Shown piece after piece: positions 56,053-64,000 of a DNA stretch of 64,000 bases. Position numbers and translations under genes: made by a program. The stretch is from positions 8,397 to 72,396 of IMG/VR virus record IMGVR_UViG_3300031949_000022. One strand, given 5' to 3'. The stretch's first letter is position 1, and every line of letters starts with the position of its first letter. The notes below the pieces were generated by a model. That model saw nothing but the letters and a program-made list of their open reading frames with translations, ran no database searches and was not told the DNA's origin. Source of the stretch: a virus.

Positions 56053-57941
56053 GCCACCCGCTTCCAGAATACCACGGCGTAGAACGGCATCACGTTCGAC
56101 GCCTCGTCGGTGTTCTCTCCGCCGCCCTCGTCGGTCGAAGCTTCCGACGACGCGCCGCTCGCGACCTCGGTGCTGTTGCCAGTGCTACCAGAACCTGCGC
56201 CAGTGTCGAACGCGGTGCTGTCGCCGGTGTTGGGGGCGAGGTATGGCTGGCTGGTGTAGAGTGGACTGACGGACGGCTCGGACGTTTGGTTGGCTCCGCC
56301 GTAGCCCGTGTAGTCAGCGTCAGGGCCCGCGCTCGCCAGGTAGCCACCGTTGCCAGTCGTGTCCTGGTCGGGCCCCTGCGAGGCCAGCACGCCACCGTTG
56401 CCAGTTGTGTCCGTGCTCGGTGCGCTGGATGCAACAGTGCCACCGCCGCCCGACAAGTCCGAACTCGGGCCACTGGTCGCTCCAGTTCCTCCGGCGGTAG
56501 TGCTCGCCACGCTAGGCCCGCTTGTCGCTCCATCGCCAGCATTCCCGGTGTCGGCCGCGCTGGACGCTCCCGTGTTGCCGGTTCCGCTCAGTCCCGTGCT
56601 GGCAGCGCTTGACGCGCCCGTCGAACCCGTTCCGTCAGCTCCAGTGTTTCCGGAGGCAGTTCCTGTGTTCCCGCTCCCCTCGTCGCCAGTGGTGGCGTTC
56701 GTGGGAACAGGCTGGCTCGTGTAGGTGGCTCCTTCCAGTTTGCCGCTCGTTGCACTAGCGCCGCCGTACCCAGAGTAGTCAGCGCTTGGACCTCCGCTTG
56801 CCAAGTACCCGCCGTTGCCGGTCGTGTCTGTGTTGGGTCCATCTGACGCCACCGCGCCACCAGCGCCGGTCGTGGCCGCATCTAAGTCCGTCGCCCCAGA
56901 TCCGCTGGCGCAGTCTCCCGTGTTAAGCGTATGGGAATGGCTCGCGCCAAGATGCGTGTGAGCGCTCAGTGTGTGCGCGTGGCTCGCCCCCAGGTGAGTG
57001 TGAGCCGACAGCGTGTGCGTGTGCGAAGGACCCGCATGCGTGTGATCGGATTCCCCATGTGTGTGGTACATGCTGTGCGCATGCAACGGTCCCGTGTGCG
57101 TGTGATTACCGACTGTGTGCGTGTGGCTTGGTCCCGCATGCGTATGGGTGATCGTGTGGTCGTGACTCGGGCCCGCATGCGTATGGGTAATTGTGTGCGC
57201 GTGACTCGGGCCGTTGTGCGTGTGGGTGTTCAGCCCATGCGTGTGAGACCCTCCGTCGTGGGTGTGCGCGCCCAACGAATGGGTGTGCATCGACCCCGTG
57301 TGAGTGTGCGCGCTCAGTGTGTGCGCGTGGCTTGCCCCCAGGTGAGTGTGAGCCGACAGCGTGTGGGCGTGGCTCGCGCCCAGGTGAGTGTGGGCCGACA
57401 GCGTGTGCGTGTGCGAAGGACCCGCATGCGTATGCTCCGGAGTCGCGTGCACATGCGCCATCGGATGGTTGTGCGCTCCCACCGAGTGCACGTGCGTTCC
57501 GATCGGGTGCGCGTGCGCGGTTATTCCGTGCGTGTGCGCCATCCCATGATCGTGGGCCTCGACGTAGTGCGTGTGCGTCTTCGACCCGCCGGTCTCTCCG
57601 AGCACATCCCAGTCCGGGTCGGTGATGTCCTGACCAACCAGCACGCGACCAGCCGCAACCTTTTCCCATGTGCCGTAGCCGAATAATGTTGCAGCGTCAG
57701 TGCCTACTCCGAGATGGATGATTGTTCCGATCGGTAGCTGGGAAGCCGTCGCGGCAGCGTTGCATAGGTCGCACAGAATCGTCGCCAGATTGATCGAGAA
57801 CGTCTCCGTCGACGGGGCCTGAACGCGCCGCGCCTGCGCCGAGACCGTCGACATGAACTGTTGGAAAATGACGTAGCTCAGTCCAGTCCCGGTCGCCCTC
57901 CCGTCCTGTGCGAGGTCGATGCTTCCAACTTCGCAAGCCAT
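56049..57941 (-). CDS. Tail-collar-domain fibre protein with 32 HxH motifs and Ser/Thr/Gly-rich repeat region
   Basis: ORF track (630 aa). ...LPIGTIIHLG...GETGGSKTHTH... and C-terminal ...NVMPFYAVVFWKRVA resemble tail-collar/MdpB-type domains. Confidence 0.7.
   Translation of the reverse strand: MACEVGSIDLAQDGRATGTGLSYVIFQQFMSTVSAQARRVQAPSTETFSINLATILCDLCNAAATASQLPIGTIIHLGVGTDAATLFGYGTWEKVAAGRVLVGQDITDPDWDVLGETGGSKTHTHYVEAHDHGMAHTHGITAHAHPIGTHVHSVGAHNHPMAHVHATPEHTHAGPSHTHTLSAHTHLGASHAHTLSAHTHLGASHAHTLSAHTHTGSMHTHSLGAHTHDGGSHTHGLNTHTHNGPSHAHTITHTHAGPSHDHTITHTHAGPSHTHTVGNHTHTGPLHAHSMYHTHGESDHTHAGPSHTHTLSAHTHLGASHAHTLSAHTHLGASHSHTLNTGDCASGSGATDLDAATTGAGGAVASDGPNTDTTGNGGYLASGGPSADYSGYGGASATSGKLEGATYTSQPVPTNATTGDEGSGNTGTASGNTGADGTGSTGASSAASTGLSGTGNTGASSAADTGNAGDGATSGPSVASTTAGGTGATSGPSSDLSGGGGTVASSAPSTDTTGNGGVLASQGPDQDTTGNGGYLASAGPDADYTGYGGANQTSEPSVSPLYTSQPYLAPNTGDSTAFDTGAGSGSTGNSTEVASGASSEASTDEGGGENTDEASNVMPFYAVVFWKRVA
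56931..57575 (-). repeat. Coding repeat array encoding 32 HxH motifs, including long near-identical DNA blocks
   Basis: CAC/CAT-rich periodic sequence. Blocks around 56950-57045 and 57300-57435 are near-identical. Confidence 0.8.
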
Positions 57942-59044
57942 CAGGATACCGTCAGCCCGCCAGAATGCGCCAGGAACACGACGCCTGAATTCGTGGTGGC
58001 TGGAACCGTCGGTGACGCCGCAGCCAACGCCTCGAGGAACCGGAAATACACCTGCAGAAGCTCAGGCAGCACTGCCGCGCCGTTGGTGGTGTCGGCAGCA
58101 TCATGATAGGTCGTGTCGATTCGGTGTGCCTCGTACGCCCGCCAGATGTCTGCAATCATCAGGCATTGGCTGAGCGGCTCCTGTTCGTTGGCCCCGGCGA
58201 CGATGAGTGCATGGGCCTGGTCCGCCCTCGCCGCCGCTCCGGGTGCGTGAATGTCGATGGTGCCGAAGCCTGCTCCGTCCTCGTCGTTGGTCATGTGCCG
58301 AGTGAGCTTCGTCCTAAGCTCGTTGGCGGACTTCGCTACTCCAGCGGGGCTGCCCGGGACCCGGAAGCTAGCCGCCACCCAGTTGAGCACGTCGGCGTCG
58401 GCGTGGAACGTGCCGCTTGCACGATGCGCTTCGTACTTGACGATCAGGTCATCAATGATGCTCGATGGTGTCCCAAGAGCAGTTGATGCGGCTACTCCGC
58501 TGAGCGCTGCCAGCGCGGCTACGACAGTCGCGCTAGCCACCGCGGTCTTCGCCTTGTCTGTAGTCGGATTGGTCAGTGTAGGAGTAGCTTCTCCGTGGAC
58601 TCCGACCAGCGTCGGCCTGATTGTCGTGCCGTGGACGTAGAGTTCCAGCGTCGCCGTGTCCGGAGGCACGCCAATGTCGGCTGTTACCTTGTTCGCGACG
58701 GTGATGCTCGTCGCAGTCGTGCTGAGCAGCGTCTCCGATGGATAACTATCCGGGTCATCCTTGTATCCGCCCCCGTGTGTCGTCTCGCCGACCGTGTACT
58801 CCTCGGCGGAGAGGACGTAGACCCCACCAACGTCTGGGCGGAAGATCCACGTGTCCTCGATCTCTCCGGACCACAGCCGAATCCTGGTGTCGTCCGTCGC
58901 GTCGAGCTGTGCTTGGATCGATGACCCGGTGGGCCCTGCAGTCGCGTAAACCCGGACCATGTTGCCGGACGTTGCTGTGAACGTCACCAGGCACGGCCTT
59001 CCAGGGATCGGATAGGTGGGGGAAATTGAGAGAGTTACCGACAT
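57941..59044 (-). CDS. Fibre-module structural protein (367 aa)
   Basis: ORF track. Two ...YEAHR....(F/Y)H.(D/A)AD... motifs related to the repeats in 5274..5804. Confidence 0.55.
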   Translation of the reverse strand: MSVTLSISPTYPIPGRPCLVTFTATSGNMVRVYATAGPTGSSIQAQLDATDDTRIRLWSGEIEDTWIFRPDVGGVYVLSAEEYTVGETTHGGGYKDDPDSYPSETLLSTTATSITVANKVTADIGVPPDTATLELYVHGTTIRPTLVGVHGEATPTLTNPTTDKAKTAVASATVVAALAALSGVAASTALGTPSSIIDDLIVKYEAHRASGTFHADADVLNWVAASFRVPGSPAGVAKSANELRTKLTRHMTNDEDGAGFGTIDIHAPGAAARADQAHALIVAGANEQEPLSQCLMIADIWRAYEAHRIDTTYHDAADTTNGAAVLPELLQVYFRFLEALAAASPTVPATTNSGVVFLAHSGGLTVS

Positions 59045-59068
59045 ATCGCCCTGAACGCCTGACCAGCC

Positions 59069-59097
59069 TTACATTTGACCGTCAGGCGCCGTACATT
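59069..59097 (+). promoter_or_regulatory. Promoter-like element for metzincin moron (TTACAT-N17-TACATT), ATG 6 nt after -10
   Basis: Read directly; same geometry as the ASCH promoter. Confidence 0.4.
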
Positions 59098-59103
59098 TGG
59101 AAC

Positions 59104-59628
59104 ATGACTCGAATGGCAGTCCTCTTGGCGCTGGTGGCCCTGGGATGTGCCTACGGGGGTCCCCCGAGCCCTCAGGCTGTAAGCCAGCAGGGAGCCAAGG
59201 AAGTCGTCACCTCGTGGCAGACGGCGGGAGTGTGGAGGGTCACGCTTCACGGGAACGACGAATGGTTGGCTCCGGTTGCTGAGGCTTTCTCTCAGTGGCA
59301 GATGGCGACCAATGGTCAGTTCGGTTCGGATGGCTATCGGATGGCCACGTCCTGTGATGACGGACCCTGCATCGAGGTCGTCGACTTGCTCGATGACTGC
59401 ATCAGGGCAGACGCCGTCGGGTGTGCCGACGCTGTCACCCTGCACATCCGGCTCCTGGACGGCGAGATCTTCTACGCCAAAGCGCTTCACATCGCGCTCC
59501 ACGAGCTGGGGCACACAGTCGGGCTCGAACACTCCGAATCCGGCGTCATGCGCCCCACGTTCTCCATTCCGACCGTGTGCCTCAGCGACGCTGATGTGCT
59601 GTCCATTGGGGGACAGCCAACGTGCTAG
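59104..59628 (+). CDS. Lipoprotein zinc metalloprotease (metzincin motif), opposite-strand moron
   Basis: Internal ATG. MTRMAVLLALVALGC (lipobox), HELGHTVGLEH (HExxHxxGxxH), then ..GVMRP Met-turn-like. Confidence 0.7.
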   Translation: MTRMAVLLALVALGCAYGGPPSPQAVSQQGAKEVVTSWQTAGVWRVTLHGNDEWLAPVAEAFSQWQMATNGQFGSDGYRMATSCDDGPCIEVVDLLDDCIRADAVGCADAVTLHIRLLDGEIFYAKALHIALHELGHTVGLEHSESGVMRPTFSIPTVCLSDADVLSIGGQPTC

Positions 59629-60404
59629 CCGCACTCGATTGCGGTGAAGTCAGCTGTCACCTTGAAGCAATGGACTTCCAATCCAGCAAGCGCGTTGGTC
59701 CCTGACTCTCCCTTGAATGAGATGACGTATCCGTTGTCCGTGTAGAGCGCGGTCGCGAGACCCGTGAGTTGGAAGTTCCATGCGGCTTCGTAGGTTGCTA
59801 CATCAACCCACGGGCACGTCGTCGACGCTATGCTTGTAATGAGCCCAGTGGTCGGCGCCAACCTTCCGAACTGCATTGCTGGTAGTGTTGTCGGCTGGCC
59901 AGCGTGGTTAGCCCCCGTGCCATAGCCCTTCCCGTAGACCGTGACGGTCTGTATGACTGCCCTGCGGCTGATGTTTTCTAGGTTGATCTGGAAGTGGTCG
60001 CCCGCCCCTGGACCAGCACCCTGTTCCCAGTACAGGGCAGCGCCGTAGCTGCTTGTGACATCGAAGTTGTATTTCCCATCTGCAGCACCACCGTACGACG
60101 GCACCAAAAAGAATGACCGCGTGTATGTCGCGGCTCCGAGATTGATGATGTCTCCCAGCAGAATGGTGCATCCGGATGCACCACTCAGTACGGCTCCGTT
60201 TTCAATCGTGACGGTTCGACCCGTTTTCACGTTCCCGTAGAATCCGCCTGTCCCCTGCAGTCCAATCGCCGCAGAAGGCGTGAAGACCCCTCCGGCGTAC
60301 CCGTCCACCGCCCGAGAATGGTCCAGGTCCAGCGCGTTGATCTGCGCGGGGGTCAGCTGATTGCCTGTGCTCCAGCCGCTTGGATTTGCTCGTGAGAATG
60401 TCAT
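59625..60404 (-). CDS. Tail fibre/baseplate-distal protein (259 aa)
   Basis: ATGA-overlap ATG (MTFSRANPSGW...); Gly/Thr/Ala-rich beta-like sequence. Confidence 0.55.
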   Translation of the reverse strand: MTFSRANPSGWSTGNQLTPAQINALDLDHSRAVDGYAGGVFTPSAAIGLQGTGGFYGNVKTGRTVTIENGAVLSGASGCTILLGDIINLGAATYTRSFFLVPSYGGAADGKYNFDVTSSYGAALYWEQGAGPGAGDHFQINLENISRRAVIQTVTVYGKGYGTGANHAGQPTTLPAMQFGRLAPTTGLITSIASTTCPWVDVATYEAAWNFQLTGLATALYTDNGYVISFKGESGTNALAGLEVHCFKVTADFTAIECG

Positions 60405-61564
60405 AGCGCGTCGATCCCGAGTCTCGAAATTCCAATCAGGAACCCTGCGCTGGTGTCGACGTCCCACGCGAAGGTGGCGTGCGCCGGCAGGGCGAGATCC
60501 ATGAGACGGAAGTATTTGACCTCCATCAGCTGAAGAAACTGCGTAGTGTCTAGACTAGGCGGCCACGATACCTCCGCCCAAACGTGACACCTTCCGCTCG
60601 ACCACTGGTAGCCACAGAGGCCATACGTCGGATCGCCTGGGTCTCCGTTGGGCCAGAACGTGTTCTCTGGTGGAGAATCGAGGGCTCCGGTGTTGTTGCG
60701 GTGAACGGCCACTAGGTTGTCCCCGAAGAGCTCAGCGAGCGCTGCGTTGATGTTGGCAGGGGTGCACCCCGTGAGCAGCTTCATCCGCACCGAGCAGTCC
60801 CGGCGCACCTCCCAGTCGGGGGTTGATGAGCCCGTCTGAACCCGGAAGCACTGGGCCCATGTGGGCAGCAGGTCCGTAGCGGTCGCCGGCACGCAATTGT
60901 TGGTGAAGCGCTCGATCGCCCGTTGGATTCCTGACCCGTAGAGCCTAGCTAGCGCGAGCTTCTGGCAGTGTACGAGCCCGGTTCGGTTCTTGGTGAACGC
61001 GCTGCCCAGCATGTCCTCGAATTCGAGGTACCAGCTCCAAGCGTAGGGCGTGGACTCGTCCTCGGTCTGTGACTTGTCCAGGTCGCCGCCATAGTCCTCG
61101 ATCTGGTAGTCGTCGCCGACGGTCCCGTAGACCCGCAGCGTCATCTTGATGTTGGTGGCCGCTCCCGCGATGCTGGTACTCGTCACCGTGATGACGTTGT
61201 TTCCAGAGAACTCCGACATCACTACATAGGGCGTCGCCCCGTCTACCGTCGCGCGGGCTCCTGTGATCGAGACGCGCCGGGCTACCCCGTGCGGATCCTC
61301 GAAGGATGCCGGGAACGTGATGGTACTGATCCCCGTCCCGCCATCGGCCACCGTCGGAGCGTCCGCCGTGTCGCAGCTGTTCCATCCATGGTAGGCGTGG
61401 ATAGTCGGTGATGCCCCCTGGGTGAACGTGATGTTGGCGATCGGCACCGTGCGTCGGGCCGCGATCAGATCAGCCACGAGCCGCAGGTACTGGGCAGCCG
61501 ACACCCCGATCTCGGAGGCGTTCCCGGTGAGCCGGAGCGGGATGGGAGCCAGGGCGCCGAACAC
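60401..61564 (-). CDS. Baseplate protein, Mu gp48 / DUF2313-like C-terminal region (tentative)
   Basis: ORF track (387 aa), one small ORF (61566..62105) downstream of the J-like gene. N-terminal ~170 aa are paralogous to 61566..62105. Confidence 0.55.
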   Translation of the reverse strand: MFGALAPIPLRLTGNASEIGVSAAQYLRLVADLIAARRTVPIANITFTQGASPTIHAYHGWNSCDTADAPTVADGGTGISTITFPASFEDPHGVARRVSITGARATVDGATPYVVMSEFSGNNVITVTSTSIAGAATNIKMTLRVYGTVGDDYQIEDYGGDLDKSQTEDESTPYAWSWYLEFEDMLGSAFTKNRTGLVHCQKLALARLYGSGIQRAIERFTNNCVPATATDLLPTWAQCFRVQTGSSTPDWEVRRDCSVRMKLLTGCTPANINAALAELFGDNLVAVHRNNTGALDSPPENTFWPNGDPGDPTYGLCGYQWSSGRCHVWAEVSWPPSLDTTQFLQLMEVKYFRLMDLALPAHATFAWDVDTSAGFLIGISRLGIDAL

Positions 61565-61565
61565 G

Positions 61566-62105
61566 TCAGGACACCTCGACCGTGAACTCTGCGTCGGCCA
61601 CTGCCGCCCCAGCGTCGTCGAATGCCGCGAGCGTCACGACGCTCCCCGCCACCACCTTGGTCACGTACGCCACGCTGGTGTCGGCTCCGTCGGCTGACAC
61701 ATGGGCGATCGATAGCGCCTGAGATACGCCGTAGGCGTCCGTGTAGCTTGCGCTGAACGTTAGGGTGATGGATCCATTGCCTACCCGAGCACCAGCCGGG
61801 AACCCGGTCGGAGCCGCATTTCCCGCGTAGCTTGTCGACCGTACCCCGCTCATCATGCGACACCATTGGATGGTAGGGGCCGCCGGACTCGAGTCGTTGC
61901 AGATGACGTAGAGCTTCGCGAAGTCCGCCACCCGCACGACGCCGGTCAGGTCCTCGACGAGCCGCGAGAACTGCTCAGCGGTCACATCCGTCCGAGGGTT
62001 CACCGCTCCCTGACTCTGGTAGTTGGTCTTGTTGACGTCGCCGCCGTAGTCAGCGAACGAAACCGTGCGGGCCCATGCGGGACTGCCTGCCGGGGTGACT
62101 GCCAT
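61566..62105 (-). CDS. Baseplate-module protein (179 aa), paralogous to N-half of downstream gene
   Basis: ORF track. ...TAEQFSRLVEDL... and ...LTFSASYTDAYGVSQALSI... align with 60401..61564. Confidence 0.5.
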   Translation of the reverse strand: MAVTPAGSPAWARTVSFADYGGDVNKTNYQSQGAVNPRTDVTAEQFSRLVEDLTGVVRVADFAKLYVICNDSSPAAPTIQWCRMMSGVRSTSYAGNAAPTGFPAGARVGNGSITLTFSASYTDAYGVSQALSIAHVSADGADTSVAYVTKVVAGSVVTLAAFDDAGAAVADAEFTVEVS

Positions 62106-62107
62106 GG

Positions 62108-63622
62108 CTAAATCTCGTAGATCCCGAAGCGTCGCGGGACGAAGATGTTGGGGGCCGTGTTGATGCTCGCCGGAACGGTCGGTGACGTTGCGCTCCGGTA
62201 TGAGTACTGGCTATCCGTGATCTCGACGTTCTTCCCCTGGAAGGCGAGCAGCTCACTAGAGGTCAATCCGGATCGTGGGCCATCGGAGATGAACGGGCGC
62301 CGGTTGTCACGTGGTGCAATGCCGGAGGCACTGATGTTCTCTCCGGCCCCGAGCGTCTCCATGATGTCGGTCCAGGCTTTCGCGTAGCCCTCGGAGTTCT
62401 CCATCCCAGGGCTGACGTAGTCCCCGATCGCGGGCTCGTTTCCCGCTGCGTCAACGAGCGGAGCCTCGAGCGTCAGCACCCATGCAGTGGTCGCACCGCT
62501 GTGGGCCGTGACCAGCTGTCGCACGAACGAACATGTCGCCGGAGACCACCATTCGATGTGTGTCTGCCCGTCGAGCGGGGCTGTGCTCGTCGTTGCGTTG
62601 ACAGTGATGCTCGGGGTAGAACTCGAAACGGCCGTGATTGCCACCCGCGTGTCCCCGCCGTCGAGCGGCGGCCATGAAGCGACGTCGATCCAGCCGTTGC
62701 CGTTGCCTCCCGCGAGCTTCGATGCCGGGATCGTGACCTGGATCGCGACGTCGAGGCTTTCGTCTGCTGCCGCCTGCACCACGTACTGCGCCGCGTCGTT
62801 CGAGTAGGACTGGATGGCCGTGCGGACGATGGTGACGGCCGCGCTGCTCATCGACCGGCTGAAGCTGTTCAGGTCGCGGTAGAACCCGCGGACCGGTACA
62901 ATCTTCGTGCTGCCTGGCCCACCGAGCGCGGGGTAAACGAAACACATCTGGACGCTGGCCAGGGCATCGAGCGCCAGCTTGACCAGCCCTCCCCAGTTGC
63001 CCGAGGTGTCGGCCGCGTTGGCCATGCGGTTCAGGATCCGTTCCAGCTTCCGCGCTGGTGTCTCCGCGTCCTCACCTCCGACCAGGGGCCGCTCGTAGCT
63101 GACGATCGCCTCGGGGTCGATGTTCGTTGGCGCGCTCGCAAACCGGACCTTCGTCCCGCCAATTGCGTTGACGTCCTCGCCCTTGTCGAGCGAGACGACC
63201 GGGATCTCGGCCCCGTCTGCAACTCCCAGCGAGTCCCCGTCTGCCTCGATTCGCCGCCCGTTGGGGAGGACCATAACGGTCCCGTCGGTGACGTCCCCGG
63301 TTCCGGTCACGGTCAGGCGAAGAGCCCCCGTCGAAACACTCGGATCGACCTCTGGGAGCCCCAGTGCGATCCGCCAGCGTTCTAGGTCGTCTCCGCTCGA
63401 ATGGAGCGGGGTGATGCTGGCGGACGCAGCAGCAATCTGCGAGTACTGGACCATTGCCGCGTTCGCGACGGCCGTCATCCAAATGTGCGTGTCGGTACCG
63501 GGCGTGATCGCCAACGTGGTCCCGAGCTGGTACATGGACAGCCTGATGTCGGTCAGCAGGTCGTTGAGGACCACGGCGGCCGAGTCGGGGACCCAAAGCT
63601 TGCCGATCTCTGGCTCGGTCAT
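62108..63622 (-). CDS. Baseplate J-like protein (Mu gp47-like)
   Basis: ORF track (504 aa); size and position after the gp25/W-like gene. Confidence 0.7.
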   Translation of the reverse strand: MTEPEIGKLWVPDSAAVVLNDLLTDIRLSMYQLGTTLAITPGTDTHIWMTAVANAAMVQYSQIAAASASITPLHSSGDDLERWRIALGLPEVDPSVSTGALRLTVTGTGDVTDGTVMVLPNGRRIEADGDSLGVADGAEIPVVSLDKGEDVNAIGGTKVRFASAPTNIDPEAIVSYERPLVGGEDAETPARKLERILNRMANAADTSGNWGGLVKLALDALASVQMCFVYPALGGPGSTKIVPVRGFYRDLNSFSRSMSSAAVTIVRTAIQSYSNDAAQYVVQAAADESLDVAIQVTIPASKLAGGNGNGWIDVASWPPLDGGDTRVAITAVSSSTPSITVNATTSTAPLDGQTHIEWWSPATCSFVRQLVTAHSGATTAWVLTLEAPLVDAAGNEPAIGDYVSPGMENSEGYAKAWTDIMETLGAGENISASGIAPRDNRRPFISDGPRSGLTSSELLAFQGKNVEITDSQYSYRSATSPTVPASINTAPNIFVPRRFGIYEI

Positions 63623-64000
63623 ACGTTCACCTTGTCGTTTTCTTTCGTCGCCGTGTCGGTGTAATCGACAGTAATCGTGCTTCGCCCGATGGGCGTACCG
63701 TGTTCGACGATGATCTCATTCAAGACGAGCGACCCGTCAGCTATCAGCGCAGCAAGAGCCGTGCGAACCTCGTTCTTCACCTCTGACTCGTACGATCGCC
63801 CGATCGTGCCAGGCAGCTTGACGCCGAGCTTCGGCAGAACCGTCGAGGACCCGCGAAGAGTCCCAAGCGCCAACCACACACGCTGGCGCGTCGTCGGCAT
63901 GCGAGCGATTTCACCGTCATCTCCCACGACGTAGTCCCCGGTCAGATAGTCGAGAAACCTGGCGTCCTCCGGGGCGTCCGGGGCGTCATTGACGTCGACC
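63619..64000 (-). CDS. Baseplate wedge protein, gp25/W-like (5' end probably beyond right edge)
   Basis: Track ORF starts at GTG 63927, but the frame stays open to 64000. ...RQRVWLALGTLRGSS... gp25-like pattern. Confidence 0.55.
   Translation of the reverse strand, partial: VDVNDAPDAPEDARFLDYLTGDYVVGDDGEIARMPTTRQRVWLALGTLRGSSTVLPKLGVKLPGTIGRSYESEVKNEVRTALAALIADGSLVLNEIIVEHGTPIGRSTITVDYTDTATKENDKVNV

Noticed and set aside
56931-57686. 251-aa plus-strand ORF rich in RVRV/MRM repeats
   Set aside because: It is antisense to the HxH array of the fibre gene. It has implausible composition, sits in a minus-strand operon, and lacks a start context.

Overview
High-GC window (about 60-65% by eye), almost fully coding and phage-derived throughout. 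It looks like most of a temperate myovirus genome with a Mu-like contractile tail. There are three transcription blocks. Block 1 (34221 down to 1, minus strand) runs from a Cro-like HTH through regulators, RhuM/Ant, ParB-like, Xis and tyrosine integrase. It continues through an accessory cluster (two Lar-like proteins, DUF1643, MmcB-like nuclease, ASCH), a DNA methyltransferase, VRR-NUC and a DnaA-domain-IV-like protein. It then carries a replication initiator with internal iterons, a DnaC-like loader, ORFans, and a PAPS-reductase/ParB pair. It ends with small and large terminase, portal, MuF, scaffold, major capsid, connectors and the tail sheath, which is cut by the left edge. Block 2 (34314-47576, plus strand) holds a CI-like repressor and about 16 translationally coupled small ORFans. 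A recombination module follows (Cas4/RecB-like exonuclease, SSAP-like, DUF1351-like, MazG-like), then a low-coding island (GIY-YIG, HTH, clustered ATGTCATG motifs) and small-gene cassettes. Block 3 (64000 down to 47613, minus strand) holds baseplate genes (gp25/W-like, J-like, Mu gp48-like), several fibre/tailspike genes, a lysis cassette (GH25 muramidase, cysteine peptidase, lipoproteins, membrane proteins) and a HicB-like gene. Most long antisense ORFs in the track are GC-driven artefacts. Real genes were chosen by G/C at codon position 3, GGAGG Shine-Dalgarno sites, and the pervasive ATGA/GTGA/TGATG stop-start overlaps. I saw no rRNA, tRNA or CRISPR array. The most unusual items are listed here. 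A tail-collar-type fibre carries 32 consecutive His-x-His motifs. Two paralogous GT-A-like glycosyltransferases sit inside the head and fibre modules. An 88-aa protein is a strict (Gly-X)36 repeat. Three small Arg/Gly/Lys-rich proteins have matching termini. An ori-like iteron array lies inside the initiator gene. The immunity switch has two homologous 30-bp operators and leaderless promoter geometry, and two opposite-strand morons (ASCH, lipoprotein metzincin) share that geometry. All functional calls come from motif recognition by eye and need database confirmation.
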